This document shows positions 31,211 to 46,235 of a DNA stretch of 64,000 bases, one piece after another. The DNA is taken from contig OX597826.1 of NCBI GenBank assembly GCA_951406725.2, positions 51,398,001 through 51,462,000 on the forward strand. Direction: 5' to 3'. The translations under genes and the position numbers were made by a program. Each line of letters starts with the position of its first letter. Positions within the stretch are counted from its first letter, which is position 1. The notes under the pieces were generated by a model. It ran no database searches, was not told where the DNA came from, and saw only the letters and a program-made list of their open reading frames with translations. Origin of the DNA: Octopus vulgaris (Eukaryota).

Positions 31211-34200
31211 GAACGAGAGAATATATACATATATATGTATTTATGCATATATGTATATATATATATGTGTGTGTGTGTGTGCGAGCCTGTGTGTATGTGT
31301 GTGTGTCCCAACACCGCTTGAAACCAGTGTTAGTGTGTTTATGTCCCTATAGTTTAGCAGTTCGAATAAATACCAGGATTTACAAAAGAAAAAAAAGAAA
31401 ATGGATGAATACTGGGATTGATAAGTCCGATTATAATTCTTCAAGACGTTGCCCCAGCATGGTCACGATCTAATGTCTGAAACAAGTAAATGATTTCAGA
31501 AATATTGAATTGATGAAGCGTCATGTAGATTAATAACGTCCTTTTGCCTTGGAGCGGAAAATTGTGTATATCTTGCAGTCATTTTAAACGGTGTCAATGT
31601 CTGCTCACGACTACATAGGCAGCTAAAATAATCACGCTACATGTTGTCTAGCTACAATTCGCTCGTTAGTAACTGAGAGCTGTATGTATTGAACAATTTA
31701 TATCTATTATTTATATTGGTAATTAATAGTAATATACGAAATTCTAAAGTGCTTATAGATTTTTAACCACAAAGAATATATGACGCCCCGAAAGCCTATA
31801 TTACACACACACACACACATCTTCTTTTCCATATATGTTACCAGCTAATGGACTGATACTAGATGTTTAACGCCATAAACCGAGATTCATGAGGCACAAA
31901 ATCTAAATCGTGATGTTTTGTTGTTCTGCTTCGTGCTTAGATTTATATATATTAATATCTATATTTTAAGAATCAATGTATCTCTGTTTTTGATACTATT
32001 GATTGAGTTTTCGTGTTTATATTTTAATGCAACGCCAAAGGTTTAATAACCGCTCTGCATCGTTATTTCAAGAGCTATACAGCAGAGTGCATTTTCATTA
32101 ATTTCGATATCAAGACTGCCAGATTGTAATTTATTTTATTGCAGCGGCGATGTAGCAATCTCGGCCTTTAGCTGATGGCTTTCCGTTATATAGTTAGAAT
32201 GCGTTTACTTAATTACTGCAGCACTAAATGGATAAATATAATTTAGAATGGAATTCAACTTACAAATATATAAACACCTGTGATGTCACTCGCACATACA
32301 CACAGGTACGCACACAGACATACATTCAGACACACAGACACGCACGCAAATGCACACACTAATACATTAATAAGTGTGACGATACACTAACATATGTACA
32401 GAAATGGTACACGCGTATGCAAATACATTAACATGTGTGATCAAACATGCGAACAAACGCACACACACAACAACAAACATTCACTCATCTGGGCGCGAAA
32501 TGTCACACTACACTGAAGTGTAAGTGCACACATGATCACAGCAAACATTGTGCCAGAATGTGCTACTAAACTCACAATGTTTTCACATCAATTCGTTATG
32601 AGCCAGCGGGTCATGTATCCCTTTTGTGTTATAGTGGAGAGCAGCAGTTGAATAATTATCATTTATATGGCGCACTTACAGCATCCTGCTAAATGTCATA
32701 GGATGTATAGTCAAGAGAAGGTTTATAAACTAATTAAAAAGAAAATGAGGGCAAAAAGCACTCTTTTTTTCACAATGAAAAATCGTTTCCTAGTAGCCGG
32801 AATTTCGCGACAAAATATATGTTTATTAAGCACAACAACCTGTAGTGCATGCCGCTGGGGATTAAAAGCCAATAGCACAAACCAAAGAGGGGCTCTGGGC
32901 CCCCTTGAATCGATAAAAAATCACTCTTTTTTTGCCATAGCAACCACATCTTTATAGCTTGCGAATTTTACCCATCTCGGGTCTCATCCTCACCACGCAT
33001 TTAGTATCCTTGCTAATTTTCCGCTCGATCCTAGCCTTGGTTTGGCTGCCATTAACCATCAAAACAAAATGTGCATACAATTTTCGTCCAATGACTGTAC
33101 TATAGATATAGATGAAATAAACATCAATTATACAGTGTTTCGTTTCTAATGTTTACAACTGTGAGCTTTCACTCCTGACTATGCTAGACCTAATCCGTTA
33201 CCCTGTTTAACTCTACTACCTTGTTCTATGAGTGACTATAGAAGGGTTCGTTCTCTTATATTCTGGTCAACATTCTTGGATAGTGAATTTTTTCCTCCTA
33301 GAAGTCACGGAGGCCTGCAGGAAGTCCATAGACCCATGAATAAACCACAAAACTCAATAGCTCATCCAATAGAGTCATTTGATTAAGTATCTTAATCAAG
33401 GACACCACGGTGAAGTATTGACATCGGGATATGATACGTCGACCCTTTGCTCGATAAATAAGCCATATCGCTTACCGACTCAGTTCCTGTTGTTTTTGTG
33501 ACAAATTTCCAATTTCCCCTTGCACTTTCTGTCGTATGTTGTCGTAGACACAATGAATAACCGTGATATGTTTTTGTGATAAGATTGTATTAAACGAAAG
33601 GAGACTGCGTAACCCACCAATTGATTAATAATGATATTAATTCATTAAGTTAAACTAATGACTTTTAATTAGCTACAGAAGCCTTTGGCCAATATATTCG
33701 AGTTTCTTACTCATTGTTAATGTCTGCAGCAGATAACGATTCATGCCTCCAAGGTAAAAATTTCACTAGTTCAATAATCTCTTCATCCGGCCAATATTGC
33801 CTTCCATTCGAAAACAATAATGAGAAAAATAAAATACTTTTCTTTTAATTAACAACTTGTATTTATGTAATAAACGCCACCTTAGAAATTGTATAGCTGT
33901 GTGTGTGTGTGTGTTTCTGTGTGTACGTTCATCAATGCTATATCGATTGTTTTTACTGATTGTGGAAGTACCGTCAGTATATTTAGTCTGCTGCTGTTGT
34001 AAGTGTAAGTTCTAAGACGGGGCAGTAATGGAATATCATCTGGCAGAGTGATAGCGAATTGAGATTAATTTACAGTTTCACGCAAGTGTTTACGTCCATC
34101 CATCTGTTGAATGAATCTGGGAATATTGATTTGCTCTTTGCATAAACTCAAGTCTTCAGATTTATACTGAAGTGTATGTGTATGCGTGCATGTGTGTGTG

Positions 34201-36639
34201 TGTGTGTGCGTGTGAGTGTGTGTGTGTGTGAGCGATAGAGAGAGAGCAAGTATATGTGTATGTTTGTGAGAGAGAGAGAAAATGTATGTATGCGTGTGTG
34301 TGAGAGAGAGTGCGTATTTGTGTGTGTGTGTGTGTGTGTGTGCGTGTGCGTATGAGTATGTGTGAATTATGATATAAAAGTTATGGATTCCCAGCATCCC
34401 AATAAGTAGAGAGTATTTTCCAGTTGGTACAACGACACAATATACACCCATTCGAATTCAGTACTCTTCACGCGTTTTCTGAAAATATGTTATGTTCTGT
34501 ATTAGAACACTTTTAACACACGTCTGCTCAAGTAGGGCTGACACGAAGTCAAGTAACAATTGGTAGTTCGTCATAAAGCAACAAGAGGCCCTTTATATAA
34601 TGAAATGATGTACTAAAAATAGCAGATATTTTTATTTCATATATTAAACAAGGGGGAGATATACTTGGTGATGGGGCGTCCTGTAGGACGAACGAATCAG
34701 CCTTGTAGAAGGTAGGAGCATAAATAAAGTCGGTGAAGATGGTTAGAGAGGGAAAACTGCAATATATTGACCATGTTGAGGGTCCAGAGCATGTACCAAC
34801 AGGTCGGGGTTGGATGGTTGGAAAATGGGCTTGCAGGCAAAAGAAGACAAATATGGAGAAAAAACATCAGGAACTGGACGAAGAAGACTCTTGTATGTGT
34901 AGAACGAAACTGTAGTGTGTGGGCATTGTATCCGAGGTCGCCAAATCTCAGCTATTAGGAGGGACTTACTCCCTCACTGATTCACATTGGATCAGATAGT
35001 AGTCGAGATAGTATAAAAAGACAGGGTGACCTCAACTTGAACCCTTCTGATCGTAAGACTACTTAATCAGGGCTGACGTTGGGTTAAGCAATAATAACTG
35101 GTTAATATCTTTATGTGCGCTGTGAATTTTAATCCAATTTATCATGAGACAATTACAATTTATTACGTAGAACAAATATTATATTTATCAGCTAAGCACC
35201 AACGATAAAGATACGCAAATAATTAAAGATTGAGGTTTTATATTGATTGTTATATTATTCTTATAACGCCATCGATAACTCACGGATTGTTTATTTTACA
35301 GAAAATAGTGTATATAAACAATATATTTTCATATGTTTCTTTTCTCTCTTCCTCTGATGAAGTTCACGCATTCGTACATTTTCTATGAATGCCTGACTAA
35401 TAGAAACACGATAGTCTCCGGAGAAGATATAGAATATATATCTACTTTAATATATTCATATTCTTGAAGTACTCGTCAAATTCTGGGATCGGTGCAATCG
35501 ACTAGCCGCCGTTCTTGAAATTTGCTGGCCTTGTAGCTTAATTAAAGCAATAAAGCTTAATTAAAGCAATAAATATATTATTGCTTTAAATCGAATATTT
35601 CACAATTATTGAGCGCTTTGCGAATTGCTTTGCTCAAAAGGGATATCTTTGTCATATTTTAAAAGTTATTTATTCCTATAATTACTGTAGCAGCTTATTT
35701 CTGTAATTTATATTTAAAATTGATCTCAAATTTTAGCACGTGGGATTACATCGACATCAGTGCTCAACTGGTACTTATTTTATCGATTCCGAAAGAGATG
35801 AACGTCAAAATCGGCCTCGGCAGAATTTGAACCCAGAACGTAAAGACAGACGAAATGCCGCTAAGCATGTTTTCCGGCATGCTTGCGGTTCTGCCAGCTC
35901 GCCACCGTAGTAAAATTTAATAGTAATAACACTATGTATTCGTCGTATATTTTTGTGTTTTTCCGATCATGTATGTTTTTATTGAATAAATGTTTGTAAA
36001 TCGGCCTATTATTGACTCAGTTATCAATTATCCAATTGATCAGCATTGTTAGTAGTATTGCCAAAACAATAATGGAGAAACTTGCCATGGGAAGCCTCCA
36101 TAGCACTTAGAATTAGGTCAGTCTATGGGCAGATATCCAAGCAAGTTCTTTGGCGTACAAGACAATTGTTTTCTTGTGTAGGATCTCTTCTGATTGGTCA
36201 TTAGAATCAATAGTTCAAATACTCTGCAGTACAAATAACGTTTATCTTTGGCTGAAATTATTCGGTTTGTTTGTTCCAGGAGTCGATAAAGAAGAAACAA
36301 AAAATGAATAAATAAATAGGAACAAAAATTACAAACCAAAACAAAGCAAAACCATTGCAAAAACTAAAGTAGTTTGTCTCTCACTAGCAATCTCTGGAGC
36401 GTTAATTCGACACAAGCCAAGTAATGAGGATCTTGGATGAATTTACTTATACATTTATCGTTCTCTCTCTGTATGTCTATCTCACTTTTATTTACTGTAT
36501 GCATACTATACATGCGCGTACACACACACTCCTTTCCTCTTTACCTCTTTATATATTTCTGATTCTTTTTGTTTACCAATATCTCTGTTTCTGAGTACCT
36601 GTCTAGCATATCTGTGTGTATATATATATACAGTATATG

Positions 36640-37160
36640 TCATCAATCATAATAAAGGGTAAAATTATTTAATCAATTAATACTTAATAATTTTACCAAG
36701 TGGTTCGGTATGTTAAAAGAACCTTATACAAAAATTCTATAATTATAAGCATGATTATAATTAGGGTTCAGCAAAATTGCTTCACCACATACCGAAATTT
36801 AGAAATAGCAGTGAAATACTATTCCACTACCATAAGATATATCTCACACAGCAATACTCCCAACTCACGCAGATAAAGAGAAAAAATAACGAATTCACCC
36901 GGCTTTGATCAACTATATAGCGTTTCTGGATTAAAGAGATGTAAAATTGTATTTTTACCCACTTATTTCCGTCTTCAGTATAGTATTTCAGTTACAAATT
37001 TGACAGTACTAATAATTAAAATATGTATTCGACCAAGCGACATCGAATAGCTTATATCCAAAAACCATTACTTCCGAATGCAATACAGACGAGTGGCGAG
37101 TTCTCATTTGTCTTGTTTGACTGCTATTTCTACATTTCGGTATGTGGTGAAGCAATTTGC
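36640..37160 (-). mobile_element. HHR-bearing element related to the 642-bp unit, with a short inverted duplication
   Basis: Shares TTCGGTATG and CATACCGAA..TAGAAATAGCAGT with the 14-16 kb unit. 36772-36816 is inverted at 37116-37160. Confidence 0.6.
36912..36984 (-). ncRNA. Type I hammerhead-like motif
   Basis: Minus strand reads ACTATA-CTGAAGA-C-GGA...TCC-A-GAAAC-GC-TA-TATAGT: 6-bp stem I and minimal stem III. Confidence 0.6.
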
Positions 37161-37449
37161 GTCTACCAATAGTTATTATGGTGCATCTGTTCTATACTCT
37201 GAACAGCTAAGTTTTTGTGTGTGTGTTGATTTTTAAAAAACAAGTCAGTTTAATTCCAATTTTTACCAAGCCACACCAAATTGTTTCTTTCCATACTTTT
37301 AGCAGTTTATAAAACCAAATTTGGACAATTCGATTTTTTATTATCTTCTGTTTTAACCAATATTCAGGTCCTCCTTTGTTATTGAGAGCACTTTCAACTT
37401 GTTCGTTTAAATTACCGACTGATAATTTTTCAAATGCAGTTTAAAGGGT

Positions 37450-38620
37450 TAATAGAAGATTCTGCTCTTGTAATTCATTTATTTATCTCTTTGCTTTCAT
37501 TGCATTGACTGATAATAAAACTTTGAAAACTCATTCAGAATTTCTGACAGTTTGATGAACAGTTATTGTCGGATTAAGTTAATCATATGTTCTTGAGATA
37601 TTCGTTGATTTACTTTCGTGAAAACTAATGAATAAGCTATATTCTTCACTCATTTCTTTCACTTTATCAAATTCATTAGTTCTCCTTAGCTGCCAGTAAT
37701 AACTACAGCATCATCGACGTATTTAAAATTGGTGGCCATTCGTCATCCAATTTCTACTTTTCCTTGAAAGTCATCCTGGCTTTTCTCATTACACTTCCTG
37801 CAGAAATTTATGGAGGAACTACACAATCTCGTCGCAGGTCTTACTCAATGTTAAACAACTCTGTGAAGCCCACATTAGTTTTGACAGTTACCATTTGTTG
37901 AGAATAAACTGGTTTTAATAATTCTATAAAAACGTTGAAGAAATCCCATTTCTGCCATCACACACCATAATTTATCTCGATTAACTTTGCCAAAAGCTTT
38001 TTAATAGTCAATAAAAGCAATAAATTACTTTTCATTTTGCTCTCAGGTTTTCTGACTAGGTTAAGAATAAAATCCTTGTTCATCTTCTAGTTCTGAAACT
38101 AGTTTCTTCCTCTGGTTATTTTCATTTCATATTTGACTTTAATCCTATCAGATATGATCTTAAGTAGGCTTTTATACACTGCTTCTTTTTTTTTACGATA
38201 TTTTATATCTCCTTTTTTATTTGTTAGGCAATGGGATCAAAATCGGTTTCGTCACATCATTCGGCCATAAATCTGAGTTCCATATTTTTGTGCACAGAGA
38301 GGGTAACAATTTCAACATGGAATTCTTAATCGTAATTCAGAAATTCCACTGCTATGCTGTTCTGCCATACATTTTGTCGATTCTTCCTTTTTGCTAAACG
38401 TAGCAAGGCTTTACTTTTGCAACTTTGAATTTGATCATTTTCGCTTCTTTACGTAATGAACGTATGTTATCTTTTTGTGAAAGCTATATCAGTATTCTTT
38501 CCATATTTATATCGTCCTCTTAATCAAGAGTGTTATCATTTTTGCCTTTGATAGTATCATGTCTTGTGAAAATCTTGTTATTAGCTTCGGCAGTGTCTAA
38601 AAGTGAATCCTTTTTATTGA
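37450..38620 (-). mobile_element. Highly degraded LINE (RTE-like) reverse transcriptase
   Basis: Minus-strand motifs WPNDVTKPILIPLPNK, AFIDY*KAFGKVN and KYVDDAVV. Boundaries approximate. Confidence 0.75.
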
Positions 38621-38769
38621 ATATTTTTGAATGCCCCACATTAGTTCTGAATGTTATATATGCATATATGCACTTACATACATATATATTCTTGTGACAG
38701 TGGCATCGAAGTTTCGCTGAGTTCCTAGTTTATGTAGGGATCTACAGCAGGTTTCAAATATTTTATTCA

Positions 38770-39075
38770 ATAACGAGGAGGATAGAGAAATGACCTGATT
38801 AGTATATTAGATTAGAATTAAAGAAGATTATGGCAATGTTGATTGACATTGACCATTTAAATACTGGATGGAAGTTTGTATGATAAGGAGTTCTAGAGAT
38901 GGTAGAGGGGAATTGATTGTTAGGAGGGTGGTAGAGATTAGCGGAGTACATCCATAGTCTAGCGGATAGAGAAGTTGGATACAGTTTGAAATAGTTAGTG
39001 GGACGGGGCGTACCTATAAGCTGTGTAGTAAAGAGGGGTTGGAGATCCTATTAGAAGGTAATAGTCACAAAAAAT
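38770..39075 (-). mobile_element. Possible LINE RT thumb-region fragment
   Basis: Minus-strand LDYGC-like motif near 38950. Otherwise degraded. Confidence 0.3.
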
Positions 39076-39147
39076 ATGACTTAGGGATTTACTGCAGACA
39101 AGGGAACCGTCAGAAATTCCACCACAATTAAAATTCTTCTTCTTCTT

Positions 39148-39213
<66 letters not shown>

Positions 39214-39264
39214 ATACTACTAATATTACTAATATCGGAAAATATGGCATACATATAATAATTA

Positions 39265-39950
39265 CAAAGTGGTATCAAAATGTTCTCATTAAGTTTTGAG
39301 ATCAATCTTCCTCAAAATGGTTAGCTTGCGCAGCTATACACTGGAATCAACAATCATGCCAGTTGGAATCCGACCTGGAAGTGGTTTTTCACGAGCGAGT
39401 CGAGAACCTTCTGCTATTTGCTCTGGATCTCAACAAAAGTGTTCAATCGGCGACCTTTTAGTTGCATTTTCATCTTGGGAAAGAGATGGACGTCCGCAAG
39501 TGCTAAATCTGTCGATTAGGGAGAGAGTACAGAAGCAATGCCATGTTTTTGGCGAGAAATTCACGAGTGAGGAGAGCTCGGTGACATGGTGCATTGTCGA
39601 AGTGAAGAATCCAGTTCTCCGCGCTCAACACTTCCTGTCGTTTTCGCCGACTCTCCCTCAAACGCTTCAAAACGTCGCAGTGGAACTCTCGACCGATGGT
39701 CTGGCCCTGGGGGACTCGATGCACAAATCATGTAGATGTCGAAAAATCAATGAGCATGCTCTTGAATAAGCTACAGATATGTCGTGCCTTCTTCGGTCGT
39801 GAAGATGAAAGCGTCTCCCATTGTGACGACTGCTACTTCGTCTCAGAATCGTACCAATAGACCCAACTCTCATCACCGGTTATGATCCTCGACATGAAGA
39901 ATGGGCCATCAGCGGTATGCTTACGGAGACCTTGACAGATTTCAAAGCAG
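39265..39950 (-). mobile_element. Mariner (Mos1/SETMAR-like) transposase pseudogene, 5'-truncated
   Basis: Minus-strand fragments RIITGDESWVYWYDSETK and GQTIGREFHCDVLKRLRE...WILHFDNAPCHRA, frameshifted. Confidence 0.88.
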
Positions 39951-41545
39951 CGAATAAGTGAATAAATGTATGTGTATACATATGTATACTCTACCCATCT
40001 GGTCCGTTTAGGGTAGTAAGGCATTCGTCAGTAAAGAGGATTTTGAAAAATCTATCTTCATGAAATCTTCTGTCCAGATTTTGTTTATGAACAGTTTTCA
40101 GAAGGGGCCTTGTAACAGGTTTTACTTTCTTGGCTACTTGCTTCAGGTAGTTCTTAGCTACCTGCTTCCCGGGATCTTTGATATTTCCAATGTCGTGTTT
40201 GTTTTGCCAAGCTCTGAGACAATGGCGGACTTCTTATTTGATATTAAAACACGTTTGTGATTCATAATAACATTGTTGCTGTTTCATGAAAATGGCCGCC
40301 GTTTGTTTACATCTGTGCGGATCTAATTTATTTTACTACAGCGCAGGCAGATGTTGCCATCATTCAGTGAGAAATATATGGATTCGAACAAATAAATACT
40401 CTGTTGTTTCGAAACAACAGAGGTGCCTAATAATTTGACACGCACTGAATAAGTGAATAAATATATGTGTTGATCGGTGTATGTATATGTATATATATAT
40501 GTAGACGTATGTATATGTATGTATATATATGGCTGTTTAAATATATGTATATATACATATGTACGTGAATGTATGTGTGTGTATGTATGTGTATGTTATT
40601 ATGAATCCCTAAATATATGAATGTATATATGCGTGTGTATGTGAATGTATGTATATGTATATATATATGTGTGTGTGAGAGAGATAGAGCGCATCTGCGT
40701 GTGTATATAGGCATATATACATAAGTTTGTTTGTGTGTGGGAGGGGATGTGTGAGTTTGTGTGTTTACGTGTCTATGTATCCGAATGTATATGTGTATAT
40801 GTGAACGTATCTGTGTGTGCATACAGACACATATACATAGGTTTGTTTGTGTGTAGGAGGGTATGTGTGAGTTTCTATGTTTGTATGTATCTGACCTCTG
40901 AATACTGAAGGTCAGCTGAAATAAGTCGCATGTGCAACCAACCATAAAGAACAGGGCAGCGATCAGCCGGTACCAAAATAAACCATCTACTACCACCCAT
41001 AGCAGTCCAACAAACATACTAGCAGCAAATAACATGAATCTACCAACTGCTACAAAATTCAAACCAAGATGGACAAATGAGATGACCTTGAGATCAAAGA
41101 TTTTAAACTAACGGAGACAACACTTGACTATCACCTGAGGAATCCCAACTGGATCTCATTATGCAAACAAACAGTTGCATAATCAAATACCTGTATTTTT
41201 GGAGAACCATGTTGGGTGTCCAACCGTACCCCTTCCAGTTGACTCCAATTTCTTCAATTTAAATTCACACACCCCGAATACCACAGCATAAACATGGAAG
41301 TACATAATAATGCTACCGGATAGTATTGGGTTATTCTGGGGGTGGACAGCTTTATTACTATACTCTGCCACTTTCTTATATATATATCAACCGAAATTGC
41401 GATGATAATCTGGTGCTTAATTGAGGAAATAAAACTTCGAATGACCCGTCCTTGTTTTTTTTTTGTATCGTCTATCTGGATGTTTTGTTGTCCCACTTTT
41501 GTATCACCTTGCTGTCCGGATGTTTTGCCTTCTTGTCCTATTTTG

Positions 41546-41643
<98 letters not shown>

Positions 41644-41670
41644 ATGTATGTATGTATGTATGTATGTATG

Positions 41671-41716
<46 letters not shown>

Positions 41717-42103
41717 GATGTTGCTCTCCATGTGCCTTCACTATATCTGTGTTTTTATTAATACTTTATTCTAAAACTTGATTTCATCAAGTATGACCAA
41801 TATAACTATAAATACGTATAGACGGCTACAGAAATATTCCAATACAGCAAGTCGATTCAATTATTTACACAGTATTTTATCTAAACATCAACTATTATTG
41901 CTTGTTCTTCCTTTTCCTACGTCCACTGGTATAACAAGTTTGTACCTGTTGTGATTGAACAAATCGTATCACTGCATGTAGTGATTAATTAACGTATTTT
42001 ATTAAATTGATATATGGGTTTATACAAATATTAATTAAAAAGTATATAGCGGACTTAAATACATAAACTTACAATCAATAATCCTGCCTATAAATTGGGA
42101 ATT

Positions 42104-42145
<42 letters not shown>

Positions 42146-42311
42146 CACGTTAATCGGCAGAAGTTAGAGTGACTCGAGGACCAAGAGATTTGTGCATTTG
42201 CACTTTATAAGTGCATTGGCACTTGATAAGCGTCATTATATGAGACTCTCGTCCGTTGATTTATTCTGTAGCTTCTACTGATTAATAACAACAACAAGAG
42301 CAACAACAATG

Positions 42312-42807
<496 letters not shown>

Positions 42808-42830
42808 ATAATAATGATAATGAATGATGA

Positions 42831-42936
<106 letters not shown>

Positions 42937-42937
42937 T

Positions 42938-43224
42938 AACCTAACTCAGATACCAGGAAACTCAAAAATGGCAGAAATTCAAAAGATAGTGCTCATGGGA
43001 ACTGCTCATATCCTACGCAAAATACTTTCTATGTAATCTCAAGGTTTAAAACAAACATAATTTTCGGTTTTTAAAAAAAATGTTTTTTTTAGACATCTTC
43101 CCCGCCCCAATATATGACACACTAGGCATAACAACAACATGAACTTCCAGCCTGTTGTCTCTTGAGGTCTCTGGGTGAGACTTGGAGCCAACTTGTACAA
43201 ATATAAAGCAAAAGTCAAACATAG
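42938..43224 (+). mobile_element. Second R4/Dong-like 3' fragment (different subfamily) in (TAA)n
   Basis: IPGNSKMAEIQKIVLMGTAHILRKILSM*, then a distinct 3' UTR and (AAT)n. Confidence 0.8.
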
Positions 43225-43699
43225 AATAATAATAATAATAATCATATATATACACATACACACATACACACATACACATTCATTGGTTTAAGAAAGAATC
43301 GTATTAGTTCTCTGTACAGTTTGTCGTAAGCGAAATATTGATTGAAAAATGACGTGGCTGGCAATAGGAACTGTTCCGTGTAGTTAACTTTTCATTGACG
43401 TATTCTCTACCTTAATGAATAATAATGAAAATTTTATCTTGTTGTCACAAGTCACAAAGTCTTATCATTGCCTGTGCGATGATTTGTGATAAGACGTCAT
43501 ATAATTTACGTAAGTAATTTAGCACTTTTGTTATATTCCATGCCACCAAAATTTGTAATAGTGATCTGTTTTGACTAAACACAAGTCAGATGTATAATGA
43601 ACGTATTTTTGTATATAAGTATTGTCTTATGAAGCTCTGATAAAATAAGTGATTCTTCCCAAGTGAATACTGTTTAAATACTTAATTTAAATGTTTATC

Positions 43700-43982
43700 T
43701 GTCTCCTATTTCACTCTGATGGACCCCATAGTCTTTCGATGTTTAAAACTAGTTTTATAGAAATTTCTTTTAAAATTCCTATTTTGTTTTTCCCGTAATA
43801 TTAGAGAAAGAAACCTAGCTGTTTCTTGCTATACATATCACTACATAGATTTAAAGCAAAATTTTTTCAGGCCTCCTTCTGATACTATTGTAGATACCCA
43901 ATTAACTGTTTTCTTGCGTGGACACCCCACCAATCTTATATGGACCCTCGTGGATCATATGGGCCCCGGTTGAGAACCACTG
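43700..43982 (+). mobile_element. hAT-type MITE right end
   Basis: Repeated TGGACCC motifs ending GGTTGAGAACCACTG. Left end uncertain. Confidence 0.5.
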
Positions 43983-45078
43983 TGCCAAGTCATGGCTTTT
44001 TAGTACCAAATAACTTTATTATAAACTGTGACATTCATATTCATTCTTAACGCATTCCAGATTTCAACGCAAATATGCTAATCGCTTCGTCACAGGAGAA
44101 CTTCTTTCTACGATGATAATGTGTTAAAAAAATATTCGAATCATTAGTGCAGGAGATTCTGGGTCACCGACATTTTGACATACGTTTCGTCAACCAGAAG
44201 GACCCAGTAAATAGAAGTTGTTCTTCTGTGATGTATGCAACAGCAACTAGCATATACGCATACGAATCTGCCGGAAGGCAATAGTATAAATACAAAAATC
44301 ATCGTTTCAGATTCCTTTGTGCACAATGCAAATGCGATTATTTTTTATTTTATCATAAGTTGCTGAAATTGTTATTCGTTAGAATCTTATGGTTCTTAAG
44401 CGCATGTGAACACACCTTGTTAGAAATATTCGATTTAATTTCCGGAATAAGCAGCATATATTAAAAAGTCTTGAAGCTCGAAACGAAGTTCAAAAATGGT
44501 AACTTAGAATTATATTACCTCAGTTGTTGAAACTTCCTATATCTCATGAATAAATAATAAATTTTATGTTTTAAATATGATTAAATGCAATATGTTATGC
44601 AAAAGTATAGATTATATAATTTATAGAGAGAAACATAATCTAATATAACTATTGAAGACTCAGCGACAACAGAAATTGCAGTAAATATGATACTTATGCC
44701 TTGCTGCCGAGAGTTTTTATTCCCCAAGTTAGATTTTACAGCAATAATATATAGGTTTGTAACATATACGTGTATTTGTTAAAGTAGGTGTCTTAAATTT
44801 CATGTTGCATTGGAATATCAATATTTACTTTATAGTTAATGTAGATGCTAATTTACGACATACTCTTATCATAGAGGCAGAGAGGCAGTATTTTGCCTCT
44901 ACGATTTAACCACCAGCTAATAGGTTGTTAGTTTTGTATCTGCTTCAGTTAAGCTTGTGGATAATACATGATCTGATGATATTACTTGATAGATCAGGTT
45001 TCTTGCGATAGATAGCTATATATATAAAATGCATATGTATTAAAAAGTTTCCCGCAATAAACGTGTACTCATTTAAAT

Positions 45079-45145
45079 GGCTCCGAGGAAGCTATAGGAT
45101 GTCACACGAACACTCAGTTTCCTGTAGTAGAAACGGCTGTAAGCT
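45079..45145 (+). ncRNA. Type I hammerhead variant (CCGAGGA core)
   Basis: GGCT-CCGAGGA-A-GCTATAGGA...TCCTGTAGT-A-GAAAC-GGCT-GTA-AGCT: 9-bp stem II and near-palindromic stem III. Confidence 0.6.
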
Positions 45146-45210
45146 AACAAATGCGGTTATGTTACTCCCATTCTTTTGAGATTCATTAATTGATATATGC
45201 ATACATGTAT

Positions 45211-45269
<59 letters not shown>

Positions 45270-46235
45270 TGTGTAGATGCATATGTATGTATATGAATGT
45301 GTGTGTGTATGTGTGTGAGAGAGAGAGGGACAGAAAGAGAGAGAGAGAGAAAGAGGGACAGAGAGTGAGAGGGAGTGAGTGAGAGAGAGTGAGAGAGAGT
45401 GAGTGAGAGAGAGAGAAAGAGAGCGTGTTGGAAATGTTCGTATCAAACATAGGTGCAGTATAGCCAAATGATTGAGCAGTTTGTTTCCTAATCACAAGCT
45501 CACGGTTTCGATCCCATGCCTGGCAATTTAGGTGAACGCCATTTTCTATATAACCTTGAATAAATTCATTCCTTATGAGTGAAATTGGGTGGACAGAAAC
45601 TAATTGGAAGTCCTTCAGGCAGATTGTACCAGTAAATTAAATATACAGCCTCGTCATGCACTGTCATTCTTTTTCTGCATAAGAATAATATTAAAGTTAC
45701 GCATGACTATGGAGTACTCAACCAATTACGCGCTGTTCCAATGAATTCGGTTGTTAAAACAATTAAACACGCAATCTCGGAAATTTACTATCGAGAACGT
45801 TCTGTTTATATATGAAATCAATTAGTGACATAATTAATATTGGTTTCAAATTTTGACACAAAACCAGCAATACGGAGAAAGGAGATAAATCGATTACATC
45901 AACCCCAATGCTCAAGTGGTACTTATTATACCGATCTCGAAAGGATAAAAGGCAAAGTCGACCTTGGCGGATTTGAACTCTGAACGTAAAGACAGACGAA
46001 ATAGAAACATAATTAATATTAGCTCATAAACGTCTCTTGAATCTCCGGAGATTTTGTAGAAGTTATATTATTGTTAAAGGTATAAACTCACCATATTAAA
46101 CATTGTATAGAATTAATATTTCTCGGCAAATTATGCATTTGTCTACTCAAAAGAATGCTCAAAATACTTATAGAAAACGCTTGGCATATTGAAAGGAGAG
46201 CGTAGAAATTCGCTTGAAGCATTGTAGTATAGGAG

